A stretch of 64,000 bases of DNA from Fistulifera solaris (taxonomy: Eukaryota), in NCBI GenBank assembly GCA_030295235.1, contig AP026147.1, positions 1 through 64,000 of the forward strand. The letters are read 5' to 3'. Position numbers and translations under genes: made by a program. Numbering within the stretch: the stretch's first letter is position 1; the number at the start of each line of letters is the position of its first letter. Shown here one piece after another: positions 11,921-23,998 of the stretch. Under the pieces are notes generated by a model that searched no databases, had not been told where the DNA came from, and was given only the letters and a program-made list of their open reading frames with translations.

Positions 11921-13314
11921 AAAGCCTTCTAGTCTTTGCGTCTCTTCTTTCTTATTGCTGAACAGATGTCTTTCGATACGTCCCTCCCACTTTTTTTACG
12001 CATGATTCCTATCCTGGTATTTGCTAATCTATACCTCCTGTGTTGCAATTCAGATGCTTGCATCGCTGATAACAAAAATGCATGTTTAGTCATTGATACT
12101 TGTCTTACGAACTTTAATACTATTTGTTAGATTAATGTGAAATTGCTCCGACGATTTTGAACCATTAAACAAGAGACTTCCGAATTCAATCTCACGCACG
12201 ATACATCAGCAGGACATGACTTCGCGAAAGGTTTTCATAAGCGTTTGGGAGCAGTTATTGATGCGCATGCTAATGCTTTGACTCGGCCATCTAACTCAGT
12301 GCGAGCACTCGGCATCCAATACCGACGAATGGCTTAATCAGAGTTCTCTCCATTCAAAACCTAAGACCATCATCAATCCCTTCGATAGCGAGTGACTTGT
12401 CCGCCGAAAGAGTACTCAGTCTCGTTCAGCATAGTTTTGCGAAGACGGTTTAAAATGAACGGCAAAGAAAGTACACAATCGCACATCTTGTTGGCTGCAT
12501 GATTCAGCTTCGTGCCATTCTTTTAGTCATTTCGTAGAATACGGTCTGTTGCCGTCGATGCCAAGAGCGGGGAATCTGCCGAGATGATGGTATCGACAAT
12601 AAACCCACAAGCGTTCTTACAAATTGCATTAACAATCTCGAAATTCATTGACTCCCTCGCATCTTTCAACAGAATGCCCTGTTGCTAAAGGTAAAAGCAC
12701 TCAAGGGCGCTAACATTGAAAGCCCTTCACTGTCGCAATGTCGCATTACTTGCTTTTTCTCATCATTGCATGTTCACCTCGTCGCATCAATCCTTGCCAT
12801 TCCGGTGATTACCGGGTATGATCTACCATCGGCATCCTCGTAGCAGCAATGAATGGAGGGAATAATAACGAATGAATGAATCATCATCATTATTGCAAGC
12901 AGCATCTCGCGGGTTGGCGGGAAGCGCGCACCTCTCCAGAGAACGTTTTCTATATAATATACTCGGTACTCCAAAGATGTCTTAGCAGCACTTCTACTTA
13001 AGCGCCCATCCGACACCTTTTAACACGACGACACGACACGTTCGTTCTGTCGATCTTCATTCTTCGAGTTGATGTTGCAGTTTGGGATGTTTACAAGTGT
13101 GCCATCACATGTCCTTACTCTCTTGACTCAACAAAAGAATCAGTCTATTATTTAACCGCTTTAAATCTTCCGACAGCAAGATGAGAGATGAGATCTTTTT
13201 CTGTCAATCAAAAAGGTTCTCGTTCGTCGGCCAGAAAAAAATCGTTTGACAAGCAGCCACGGTGAGGACGCAGCAACCTACCTTTCGATCATTTGTTTCC
13301 GTTAATAGCGCAAG

Positions 13315-14757
13315 ATGGTTTGTTTCTTGTCAGTTATTCGGATGCTTGCTTTTGCTCTCGTGGCGGTGACGCAAGCGCAAAATGAAAATCAAGCGAAAGC
13401 CATTTTCTGTGCCGAATGGGAGCTCAATGCCAAGGCCTTTCAAGCAGCGAGTGCTGCATGGAAGGAACCTCCTTGTTATTCATTCATGTATAGAGACTTG
13501 TCGGTTTTTTCGGATGGTAGTCCTTACGTAACGACTGTTCTGAATGGGGTGACGGAAGCAGAAGAGGCGTGCCCAATCATTACGACACTTCAGGTTGTTT
13601 GGGATTTAATTCGAAATAGTTGCTATTTCGAAGAAGATTGCCCGTTCGGGTATGGTAGTAGCTGCAGAGTTGAATATGCAACAACTAACGAAACCGGCCT
13701 CGTGTATCCGGCATTCTTTGATATATCGGAATATGATATATACCGGATTAATAATGTGCACACGGTAAACTGCTCCGTGCAAGATCCGTTGGTCTGTCTG
13801 GATTGAGAAATAACTGTTCCGGTCTATGAAGAAGCGATCGCCACGTGGAAAGAACCTGCTTGCTACACCTTCACATACGTTGATCAGATGTACACCAGTT
13901 ATCTGTCGACGCCACCATTTGAATTTGTGCAAACGGTGCAAAACGGAACTGTCTTGTCAGCGTATGGAGACGAATCACTGGGCTGGTTCCTGCCGTTTGC
14001 AACTTTTGCCGATATCTGGAACGAGATTGATGAGTCTTGTGTACGCGATTGTCCCACCAGTGGAGCTGCGTGTCAAATTGAGTACGCTACGGAATTCGAG
14101 AGTGGTATCATGTATCCGTCCTTGTTGGGCATCAACTACGCGGGAGAGCCCGGTTACGAGATCAGCTACGCAATAAGCGTGATGCCCTGTGTCGATCGAA
14201 AAGCAGGAGTCTGCGTTGATTTCGAACAAGTCCACAATGACTTCTTTGCAACGAAATACTTCTGGAACACTTATCTCTGGGCAGAAATTTCTTCTTGCTA
14301 CACGTATATTATTCGAGGTACGGTGGATGGAGCAACCCACGGCCCCTTTCCAGTTTTTGTTCCAATTGGCTTACCGACAACTGTAGGCGCGCCAATGACG
14401 GATATTGAAGCTGACATGGTTGTCACATTTGTCGATTGGCTGGCTGAGATCGAGGAGCACTGTATCAGAGCTTGTGCAAGCAACAGTACGTTGGAAGCCT
14501 ATTATAATTGTACGGTGCTCTATGATCAAGAATGGAACCTTCCAACATACATTGTTTTCGACAAGGACGGAGCGGGCGACAAGTATGTATACGAGATATC
14601 AAACATCACAATGGATGTCTGTGATGCTGAATCCTGGAAATCTCCGGCAAACGAAACGCCGTCAATATTTCCGGCAATTGCCACATCATCGGGTACGGGG
14701 GCACCGGAGTCTATTGGAGCCTTCCTCGTCGTTGCGTCGCTTTATTCTGTTTCTTGA
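13315..14757 (+). CDS. Cys-rich module surface protein 1 (3 modules; internal in-frame TGA at 13804-13806)
   Basis: Signal peptide. ORFs 13315-13806 and 13888-14757 share a frame, and CLD*E replaces the conserved CxDWE. Hydrophobic GPI-like C-terminus. Confidence 0.75.
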
Positions 14758-15248
14758 AACGAAAAGCCGTACATACAAGTCTCTCTTCGTGTCACCTCGA
14801 TTATAATTTTACAAATTATTACCTTATTATTTCTGTGTGGTCTTATAGATTAATTTCAATTTGATGACTCCTATGATCTAGCACCTTAGCTACCACTACC
14901 AGTACACGAGATCGTGTTCATTACTTCCCGTTCGTCTAAGTGCTAAACGAGAAGGATGGAAATGGGTGAGACTCAGACATGATCATGTTTTCTTGCACTA
15001 TCATTCGTTTCAACGTCGTTGCCGCTTTTTGATGTTTCTTTCGAACACAACGAATAAGACCGAGCATAAAAGTGAATTGGCTTCTCATCGATCGTGTGAA
15101 AGAGAAGCGCTAATATTTGATCGACAGCAAAAAGTAGATAACAGGAACAACACCGTTTCATTTGATTGCGCGTATTTATCAGAAAGTCGACGTTCATTGA
15201 AGCCTTGTCTCTAGTCTATCGCTTCTCAGCAGCCAACAATCCTCTATA

Positions 15249-17933
15249 ATGATCTACTCGAACCTCTTTTTACTTTCATTGCTTCTTTGTGTCGTCTCTG
15301 CACAGGCAGACGAAATAATACAATTAGTCAATGAGCCGTGTGTCAACTGGGAAGCCACGGCAGCGGCGTATCAAGAGGCGTTTGCGGAATGGCAAGAACC
15401 GGAATGTTACACGTTCACTTATACGTTTTTGGGGTTTTCCGTCGGAGAACCTGGCGGTGTCACACGCACCGTGCGCAATGGAACCGCGTTAGAACCAGAC
15501 GACGATCAGCCTTTTGGCACTCTGATGGATGTTTGGAAATTAATTGAGGAGCAGTGCATTCAAAATTGCCCGGAAAATGGAGCTCATACGTGTGATATTG
15601 AATATACGACACGTGAGGACGGCAATCTTGTATATCCGGCTTTCGTTAGCATCAATCCGGATGCTTTGCTTATGGATGAAGAATTAATTTACCGTATCCA
15701 AGATGTACGGACTTTGGATTGCGAGGAACTTGAAACGGAAGAGGGAGAAGATGTAGCAATCAAGGCTGATGTCTGCGTGAACTACGAAACCGTCAAGACG
15801 AATTTGGAGGCGGCTTTGCTTCAGTGGGAGAATCGCACCCGTAATTGCTACGACTTTACCATTGAACGCGTTGGGCGCGTGACCGAAGACTTTCGCGGAC
15901 CTTATCAAATTGCTGTGCAAGAGGGTAAAGTTGTGGAAATAGTCAGTGCGACCTCACAACCTGACATGAATCGAAGCTTATCGGATTGGTTACAGGAAAT
16001 TCAGACCATGTGCGTGGATCGCTGTCGAGCTGACAATGATGAAGAGCCTTATTACGATTGCACAATTGATTATGACGAGACAGTGGGATACCCGACGTAT
16101 TTTGTTTTTGATCCTGACCAATTCATTATCGATGAGGAGCTCTATTACAGAATCACAAATTTTTCGAGTTGCGAAGAAGAATTTGATGACATTTCGAATT
16201 CCGCAGTTTGTATTGATTACGAAACTGTCAAAACAGACTATGCTGCGGCGATCGAAAAATGGAATTTGGTCGATAACTGTTACGACTACGTCATCGAGCG
16301 ACAGGGTCGTATTTTAGATGACTTCCGTGGTCCTTTTGAAGTGCAAGTGCGGGATGGAGAGCCGCAGGTTATGAATATGCCTAACAACAGCGATGGTGCT
16401 GATAGACCGAACATGATGTTCACATTATCGGATTGGATGGCGGAAATCGACGAGCACTGCGTGGCGGGTTGTGAACTTGCAAGCAACAAAGATGCGTATT
16501 ATTATTGCTCTTTACAATACGATTCATTGTGGGGATTTCCAACATCGATCTTCTTTGACCCCGATGAAAATGTCGCTGACGAAGAGATTTACTATACTGT
16601 ATCCAATTTCACACCTTGCGAAAGGGGAGCAGTTGCCGAAACGGGAGATAACGAAACGTCTAATTGTACGCATCAGTCGGATGATGCTTACGAGTTCGAG
16701 GCGGCGTATGCAAAACTAGAGACATTGTTGACAGACAATCCCTGTTATGATTTCACGTACGTCGTGACTGGGTTCTTGTATCCGCCACCGCAGCCCGTGA
16801 CGGTTCGCTTTCGCGACGAGTCGACCTCTAGTCTAGGCTCCGATGATGAGTTCGCCTCTTTGATGGAGGTGATGACCTTCTACAGGAAAACGTGTTTTCC
16901 GTGCAACGATACGGTTCGACCGTTTGCTTGCAGCATTACATACGACGATCTTGGACTTCCTGAGAATTTGTGGATTGATTACGTTGAGATGCTGGCGGAT
17001 GAAGAGATGGGTTACACCATTAGCAACGTAACGTTTGTACCGTGCTCAGAAGACCCTTCTCAGCAAATTTGTGACCCTGGGTGGAGAGACGCCAAGGACA
17101 AGTGGGCGAGTCCTGCGTGTTACGACTATACCATTCGGAGGGTTGGAGAAATTCCTATGGAACGAGAAGGACCATTCGTTGTGAAAGTGAGGGATAACAA
17201 AGTGATCAATGGTACGGCGATGTCCGTCAACATGACTGTTGACGATCTATTAGCTTTGGTGGAAGAAAAGTGCATTGTTGGGTGCCCCGATACGGAGGCC
17301 TTCCAGTGTACGAATACGTATGATGCGGAGTTCGGCTTTCCAACTCAAATAAGCATTGACTATGATGAACTAATGGCTGACGAAGAAGAGATTTACGTCA
17401 TTACTAACTTTATTGCTGTCACGTGTAATTCCGGGCACGAGGACGATGGTGCTGTGACTGTGTGTCGAGAGTGGGAGCGCCTGAGAACGGAGGTCGAGTT
17501 GATCAAAGACAACTGGAAAGATCCGCCTTGTTACCAATACACAATGAAAAGAAACAACGAGTCGACAATTACGGTTCACGTGCGAAACTTCACGGTCGCA
17601 TCGCCGAAAGCGGACAGCGTTGAAGATGCTTCTTGGATACCCGTTACATTTGATGAGTTTCTTAGTGAAATTCGTGCTTCATGTATTGATGGATGTCCAT
17701 CCATGGGAGATGCAAACTGCAGTTTTGATAGTAAAGGGGAAGACTTCATGGGCAGCTGGGTGATTACTACAAAAGCATCGACAACCAATTTTGCGATTTC
17801 CGATTTTGAAGTCGTTTCATGTGACAAGAAAATAGTTACAATTGCTGAAGATACACCGTCGTCAGCAGCGGATGCCAAAGTCTCCTTCGGTATCGGGCTT
17901 TTTGTTACGGTTGTCTTTCTTTCCTTTATTTGA
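15249..17933 (+). CDS. Cys-rich module surface protein 2 (6 modules, acidic, signal peptide, GPI-like tail)
   Basis: 894-aa intact ORF. Repeated W..P.CY.(F/Y)...V.(N/D)G...C...C....C...YD..G.P..I..D....DEE..Y.I pattern; hydrophobic C-terminus. Confidence 0.9.
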   Translation: MIYSNLFLLSLLLCVVSAQADEIIQLVNEPCVNWEATAAAYQEAFAEWQEPECYTFTYTFLGFSVGEPGGVTRTVRNGTALEPDDDQPFGTLMDVWKLIEEQCIQNCPENGAHTCDIEYTTREDGNLVYPAFVSINPDALLMDEELIYRIQDVRTLDCEELETEEGEDVAIKADVCVNYETVKTNLEAALLQWENRTRNCYDFTIERVGRVTEDFRGPYQIAVQEGKVVEIVSATSQPDMNRSLSDWLQEIQTMCVDRCRADNDEEPYYDCTIDYDETVGYPTYFVFDPDQFIIDEELYYRITNFSSCEEEFDDISNSAVCIDYETVKTDYAAAIEKWNLVDNCYDYVIERQGRILDDFRGPFEVQVRDGEPQVMNMPNNSDGADRPNMMFTLSDWMAEIDEHCVAGCELASNKDAYYYCSLQYDSLWGFPTSIFFDPDENVADEEIYYTVSNFTPCERGAVAETGDNETSNCTHQSDDAYEFEAAYAKLETLLTDNPCYDFTYVVTGFLYPPPQPVTVRFRDESTSSLGSDDEFASLMEVMTFYRKTCFPCNDTVRPFACSITYDDLGLPENLWIDYVEMLADEEMGYTISNVTFVPCSEDPSQQICDPGWRDAKDKWASPACYDYTIRRVGEIPMEREGPFVVKVRDNKVINGTAMSVNMTVDDLLALVEEKCIVGCPDTEAFQCTNTYDAEFGFPTQISIDYDELMADEEEIYVITNFIAVTCNSGHEDDGAVTVCREWERLRTEVELIKDNWKDPPCYQYTMKRNNESTITVHVRNFTVASPKADSVEDASWIPVTFDEFLSEIRASCIDGCPSMGDANCSFDSKGEDFMGSWVITTKASTTNFAISDFEVVSCDKKIVTIAEDTPSSAADAKVSFGIGLFVTVVFLSFI

Positions 17934-18641
17934 GATCATGGATATTGAAGCAGGATTGCAACATACTGGCTGACGCCGCTGCTTTGAAGCAGTTCATCTC
18001 GCATTCCTTTCTCATGGGTTTTTGAAAGCTATTAGTTTGCAAAAGGGCAGTGAGGTTATGGGCAAGCGTTGACAGCACACATCATCAATAATTATCGCGC
18101 AAGTGCCACGTCAAGATGCGTCTTATATTGCACAATCCAGCAGTGAACGTCGTCTTTGACGCTCGGATAATAAGAGCCCCCGAAAGAAGAGCCGTCTTGC
18201 ATGATACATGTTAAAATGGACGAATTGGCTTGAATTTCCAATTGTTTTTCATGATCAATTTGTGAGGCGCAAAATTTGTGGGTTGTGAGAGTTTCTTTTC
18301 GGCTGTTCCAAACAGTTATGCCCTGGCAACAGCTTCTAGCTAAAAATCTTGTTCAGGACACGTTTCAACAGAAACGACCTACTGTCCAATAGAGGATCAG
18401 AATTTGATACCGAATCACGACTCCGACAAACGTCATGTTTTAGTAGTATCTTATTGCCATGAAATTCATTCACGACTCCAACAGAAAGGCGTTACTTCCG
18501 AATTGCGCCAGCTGCACCGTTGCGTCTTCGCGCCACGTGAAAAACGCTGGCAAATTTTGCAAACGCCAAATTGCCGACCACGCACACCTTCTCATTCAAC
18601 TTATTTTCATCGTCTCAAACGATTTCACTATCAGCGACATT

Positions 18642-19817
18642 ATGCTCATCAACGTCGTCTCAGGTTTCGTTCTCGCAGCTCTAGCGGCACAGGCTCAAGA
18701 TGATATTGCGCATGAACCGTGCGTCGATTGGGAGTCGAATGCGGTGGCCTATGAAGAGGCGTTCGCCAAGTGGACGGCACCTTCCTGCTACACTTTCACT
18801 TACGCGTATACAATTGCTGAGATGATCAAAGGACAATCACAAAAGCGTTTTGTGAAAAGTGGCCAGCCTGTACAGATGAACTATCCGTATCCCGAGTTCG
18901 AAACTATCGACGAATTTTGGACACTTATTCAAGAGAACTGCATTCAAGATTGTCCGACCATTGGAGCACATTCGTGCAATATTGAGTATACAATGAGCGA
19001 CGACGGCAGCTTCATGTTTCCTTCATCCATCGAAATCGATTTCAATTCCTCGTCTGACGCCAGCAAGGACACTCACATTTACAGTCTTTTCAATGTGAGC
19101 TCGGTCGATTGTTCCGGAATCCAAGAAATGGAGAACGTGCTCTGTGTCGATTGGGAGTCGACTGCTGCTGCATATGAAGCCGCCTACGAACAGTGGACAG
19201 CCCCTTCCTGCTACAGTTTCACCTACTCGTTTTCCAACTCTACAATCAACAATCTAGAAACAAAGCGCTCCGTCCGCGATGGAGTGTCGTTGCTGAGTGG
19301 GGACGACGGGGAACTGCATACACTCGACGACTTTTGGAGCTTCATTCTAACCAAATGCATCCAAGGTTGTCCCACCAGCGGCGCGTATTCGTGCAGAGTT
19401 AACTACTTCATGAATGAGGAAGGCGGTTTCATGTATCCTATCGACTTGTACATCGATATGGACGGTAGAATCTTTGGCACTGATACGTACAGGATTTACG
19501 ATCTTCGGATTGGCGAATGTCCCGACGATTCATCAGTCGAAGGCGAAGAAGAAGGACAGGGGAATGAAGAAACCTTAATCGAAGAAGAGGGAAATGGAGA
19601 GGGTAATGAAGAAGGCGCGGCAGAAGAGGGACAAGAAGCACAAGGTAATGAAGAAAGCGCAGCAGAAGAGGGTGGAGAAGCACAAGGCAATGAAGAAGCA
19701 ACAGTGGAAGAGGAAGGAGACATGCAAGGCAATCCAGAAACTAGTGACAGTTTGAAAGCGAAAAGCATTGTGCCGTTTCTGCTGATATTATCACTTTCAA
19801 TAGCGGTTTTAAATTAA
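18642..19817 (+). CDS. Cys-rich module surface protein 3 (2 modules, Glu/Gly repeat stalk, GPI-like tail)
   Basis: Signal MLINVVSGFVLAALAAQA from ATG 18642; 14-aa repeats of type EE.A.EE.G..QGN; terminal hydrophobic stretch. Confidence 0.88.
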   Translation: MLINVVSGFVLAALAAQAQDDIAHEPCVDWESNAVAYEEAFAKWTAPSCYTFTYAYTIAEMIKGQSQKRFVKSGQPVQMNYPYPEFETIDEFWTLIQENCIQDCPTIGAHSCNIEYTMSDDGSFMFPSSIEIDFNSSSDASKDTHIYSLFNVSSVDCSGIQEMENVLCVDWESTAAAYEAAYEQWTAPSCYSFTYSFSNSTINNLETKRSVRDGVSLLSGDDGELHTLDDFWSFILTKCIQGCPTSGAYSCRVNYFMNEEGGFMYPIDLYIDMDGRIFGTDTYRIYDLRIGECPDDSSVEGEEEGQGNEETLIEEEGNGEGNEEGAAEEGQEAQGNEESAAEEGGEAQGNEEATVEEEGDMQGNPETSDSLKAKSIVPFLLILSLSIAVLN

Positions 19818-21622
19818 TAGCGAATCTATCTACTTCAGAGTCGCCGCAGGCAGATAAGAGCGACGAGTGCTCCTTCCTAGCCAGTCCGAATCCTCATTTT
19901 TGCAGGGGAGCTCCGACAAGGTTACATACCACCGCCATGTCATCGACAGAGCTCTAGACTATGAGTTTGCAAAATAATAGGAGTAGTCCGTAATGACTCG
20001 GAACCGCCAACGACGGCCCCTTTAAGAAAAGAATCATGTTCCATCCACGTTTCAACACAAATCCGTTGAGCAAATTAGAGACTCAGAAACATCCTACGGA
20101 GTCACGACTCCGCCGAAAACGATTTTGGAGTAGTATCTTATCACTGGGACAAGCACTCACGACTCGAAACGAATGCGTTACTTCCGAGCACGAGCTGTTG
20201 GCCACGCGACAAACGCTGGCAAATTGCACGAGGTCAACATCACAACATCCACATCGTCTCATTTTTTTCTACTCCGCCGCGAACTGCACCGATTTCATTC
20301 TACCAATAGAAAATTCAGCCCAACGAATGTTCATCAACATCGCCCTCTTCTTTCTAATTGCTACAATCGTGCGGGCACAAAACGACGCTGCTTCCGCAGC
20401 ATGCGTCAATTGGGAGTCTACGGCCGCGGATTATGACCAGGCCTTTGCACTGTGGGGAGGCTCCCACGTGCTACACGTTCACATACAAGATCAACCAGAT
20501 GATGCCAACGGCACAAATCACCCGCACAGTAAAGAACGGCAAGCCGGTCGGAGAGAGCGATGCCTCGACGTACAAGACCATCGACGAGTTCTGGAATTCT
20601 ATTGAAGCTTATTGCATCCGCGACTGTCCCACCGACGGTGCCCATATGTGTGATATCCAGTATGAGAGGAACGAAATAAATGGTTTCATGTACCCAGCGT
20701 CCATCTTCATCGATTTCGACGCCGCAGTCTACGACGAGGAGCGAAGCATTACCATCACGGATGTACGTTCCATCGCTTGTTCCGAGGAAGAAACTGAAGA
20801 AGAAAATGTCGCGCACGAACCTTGCGTCAATTGGGAATCGAACACTGCGGCTTATGAAAAGGCAATCGCAAAGTGGACGTCTCCCTCGTGCTATACTTTC
20901 ACTTACGCGTATACAATTGCTGAGATGATCAAAGGACAATCACAAAAGCGTTTTGTGAAAAGTGGCCAGCCTGTACAGATGAACTATCCGTATCCCGAGT
21001 TCGAAACTATCGACGAATTTTGGACACTTATTCAAGAGAACTGCATTCAAGATTGTCCGACCATTGGAGCACATTCGTGCAATATTGAGTATACAATGAG
21101 CGACGACGGCAGCTTCATGTTTCCTTCATCCATCGAAATCGATTTCAATTCCTCGTCTGACGCCAGCAAGGACACTCACATTTACAGTCTTTTCAATGTG
21201 AGCTCGGTCGATTGTTCCGGAATCCAAGAAATGGAGAACGTGCTCTGTGTCGATTGGGAGTCGACTGCTGCTGCATATGAAGCCGCCTACGAACAGTGGA
21301 CAGCCCCTTCCTGCTACAGTTTCACCTACTCGTTTTCCAACTCTACAATCAACAATCTAGAAACAAAGCGCTCCGTCCGCGATGGAGTGTCGTTGCTGAG
21401 TGGGGACGACGGGGAACTGCATACACTCGACGACTTTTGGAGCTTCATTCTAACCAAATGCATCCAAGGTTGTCCCACCAGCGGCGCGTATTCGTGCAGA
21501 GTTAACTACTTCATGAATGAGGAAGGCGGTTTCATGTATCCTATCGACTTGTACATCGATATGGACGGTAGAATCTTTGGCACTGATACGTACAGGATTT
21601 ACGATCTTCGGATTGGCGAATG
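18792..21622 (+). repeat. 728-bp apparently identical block: 18792-19519 = 20895-21622
   Basis: Constant offset of 2103 at both ends, identical translation, and no mismatch seen by eye. The upstream flanks are homologous but diverged. Confidence 0.9.
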
Positions 21623-22156
21623 CCCCGAAGTCGAAGAAGAAGAAGTCGCCGATGAGGAGCTCAACGAACCGTGTGTGGATTGGGAGACGACTGCCGAAGC
21701 GTATGAAGATGCTTGGGCGCAATGGAAAGCTCCGTCTTGCTACACATTTGGCTTTTCGTTTGACGGAATCACACCTTCCGCGACGCGCACCGTCGTCCAT
21801 GGCGAAGCGTTGCTCGAAGACGAATCGTCACCGTTTTCGGAATTGCGGACCCTTGAAGACTTTTGGGGCTTGATTCAAAGGGAATGCATTCAAGACTGTC
21901 CTGTTAGTGGAGCTCATTCGTGTGAAATCGAGTACGCAATGCATGAAAAAGGCGAGTTTATGTTCCCCGAAGAAATCGACGTCACCCGAAACTCGTTTGA
22001 TGGTTTCCTTGCTCGAATTGACAATGTCCAGGTCATTCCTTGTCCGGGTGAAAGAGAAGAAAGCGAAGAGAAGAGCAGCAAAAGGAGAAGAAGCCGAAGA
22101 ATAAGGGAAAGAAAAGCAACTCGCTCCGAACGAATAAGAAAACCCATCCGAAATAA
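20327..22156 (+). CDS. Cys-rich module secreted protein 4 (4 modules, Lys-rich tail)
   Basis: Signal MFINIALFFLIATIVRA. An extra G near 20455 joins it to ORF 20358-22160. A probable frameshift near 22080 gives the tail KKPKNKGKKSNSLRTNKKTHPK, matching the duplicate ending at 26002. Confidence 0.82.
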
Positions 22157-23084
22157 ATGATATAATATCAATTGCTGTGTTTTCAATATTGTTTCAGTAG
22201 TCTAGCTTGCTCCTTTTCCTCCTCGAACGCGCTATCTTTACATGTCCCCATCAAATACCTTGCATCGCTGCCTCGCGAACGCCGCGGTCAAATGTGAATC
22301 GAAAGGTGCGCTCGTCGCCGAAAGTTGCCTTTGGTGAAACGTCTTGTAAAAGAATTACCATCATCGACGAGGGGATATAGGGCGATTCCTTCCTAGCCGC
22401 CTCGATTGCAGTGGAGTCAACAGACGGAGCAGCATCTCTCGGTAATTCTTTCCTGTAGGACATCGCTATAGTTGACTTAATTGCTTGCAAGAGTCAAAGC
22501 GGCAGGACATTCCTCGTCGATGCTGGACCTGACAATTATAAGTAACGCCGATGAATAAACTAACGGCATTCTCCATTCCAGCGCAACCCCCGAAATGCGG
22601 CGTTGATTCTTGATGTGTTATTCGATCATTCGTTAGAAGCTTTTCAAAAGAAGGCGGCTGATTGTCGTTTTTATAGAGAATGGAAAGGAATTAAGATCGT
22701 TTCATGCGATCCTTGTGCGATCGATGCAAATGAAAAATAAGCGACCGCCGCAAAAACTACGGGGCGGACGAGGGACGAACCTCGAACCGACACTTGATCG
22801 GATAATAGTGCACTTGGATAGGAAAATACGATCATCTACCTAAGGACCGAAATCATAACACACTCGTTGAACAACATTTCGAGAATGGATTACAGTCGTA
22901 TAGCGTAGCGGCTTCGTAACGTTGGTAAGGCTTATAAACAAAGTGTTCGAAAGAGTCCGGGACTGAAGTGAAGTTTAGTCACAGCCACTTTCCGTTTGTC
23001 GAGACAAAAAAGGACTTCTTGCATGATCTGCCTTTCAAGAAACGACATGATAAAAGGACTGCAAGTATTGAGCTTTTTTCAACA

Positions 23085-23227
23085 CATGCCGTTCTTGATG
23101 ACACGCTTGACGTCTGGATGGTACTCCAACGCGGCATGAAGGTGAAGCTGTAGCACGAAGGTTCTTTCCACTTGGGGTGGGCCTTCTTGCATTGCTTGGC
23201 GGTTTCCTGCCAGTCGAGGCACTTCAC
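23085..23227 (-). pseudogene. Partial copy of the basic single-module gene
   Basis: KCLDWQETAKQCKKAHPKWKEPSCYSFTF, then a frameshift and loss of homology; no signal peptide. Confidence 0.75.
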
Positions 23228-23527
23228 ATTCTAAATCCAACGACAACAATAATAACAGCAGCGTGATGGTGATTGATGAAACAAGAAAAATAATCTCGCT
23301 TTTGCCATGGCTATGCTACTCGTATAGTAGGTGTTTTTTGCATAGACAGACACTCTGGATCATATGATTTTCAGTAACACAGAAACTCTGTAAGTAATGT
23401 GTCTTCGCGCGATGATTGCGACTTGCACCGCACTTGAATTAGAAGATGTCAAGCATTTTGCAACTGGATTAGATTATATACTTTGTTACCCTATTTTTAC
23501 GGTGTCTTTCCGATATGGCCGTCTTCC

Positions 23528-23998
23528 TTATCCGCATTTGCCAAAGCGAACATTTTCAATAATGTAGTTGGTATGATCATAGCCGTCTTCCCCATCGTAA
23601 GTGATCGACAAGAACCAGGGATACACCAACCCCGTCTTCTTATCCGTCTTGTATTCAATGTGGCAACTGTAAGACACACCATTGTCGGGGCACCCTTGAA
23701 GGCACTCCTTCTTGATCAACTTATAAAAGTCGTTAATGGTCAGCAATGAGCGGTAAGGCTTCTTGTACAAAGACACACCGTTCTTGATGACACGCTTGAT
23801 GTCTGGATGGTAGTCCAACGCAGCATCATGGAAGGTGAAGCTGTAGCACGAAGGTTCTTTCCACTTGGCGTAGGCCTTCTTGTATTTCTTGGCGTTCAAC
23901 TCCCAGTCGAGGCACTTCGTCTCCTCGTATTGGGTATAGGCGGTTGCGGCAACGGCAATGAGAAGGAAGACAAAAAGTGAGATCAAGTTGCGGAACAT
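23528..23998 (-). CDS. Basic single-module secreted protein A
   Basis: Signal MFRNLISLFVFLLIAVAATA; one complete 6-Cys module rich in Lys and Tyr; no anchor. Confidence 0.88.
   Translation of the reverse strand: MFRNLISLFVFLLIAVAATAYTQYEETKCLDWELNAKKYKKAYAKWKEPSCYSFTFHDAALDYHPDIKRVIKNGVSLYKKPYRSLLTINDFYKLIKKECLQGCPDNGVSYSCHIEYKTDKKTGLVYPWFLSITYDGEDGYDHTNYIIENVRFGKCG

Noticed and set aside
12150..12760. Possible decayed minus-strand coding remnant
   Set aside because: Several stops and no recognisable motif.
13804..13806. Genome-wide TGA=Trp recoding
   Set aside because: Intact genes terminate at TGA (e.g. 17933, 14757) and Trp is TGG elsewhere.
22755..22800. tRNA-like T-arm on the minus strand (CGAGG-TTCGTC-CCTCG)
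   Set aside because: No matching acceptor 5' strand, D-arm or anticodon arm.
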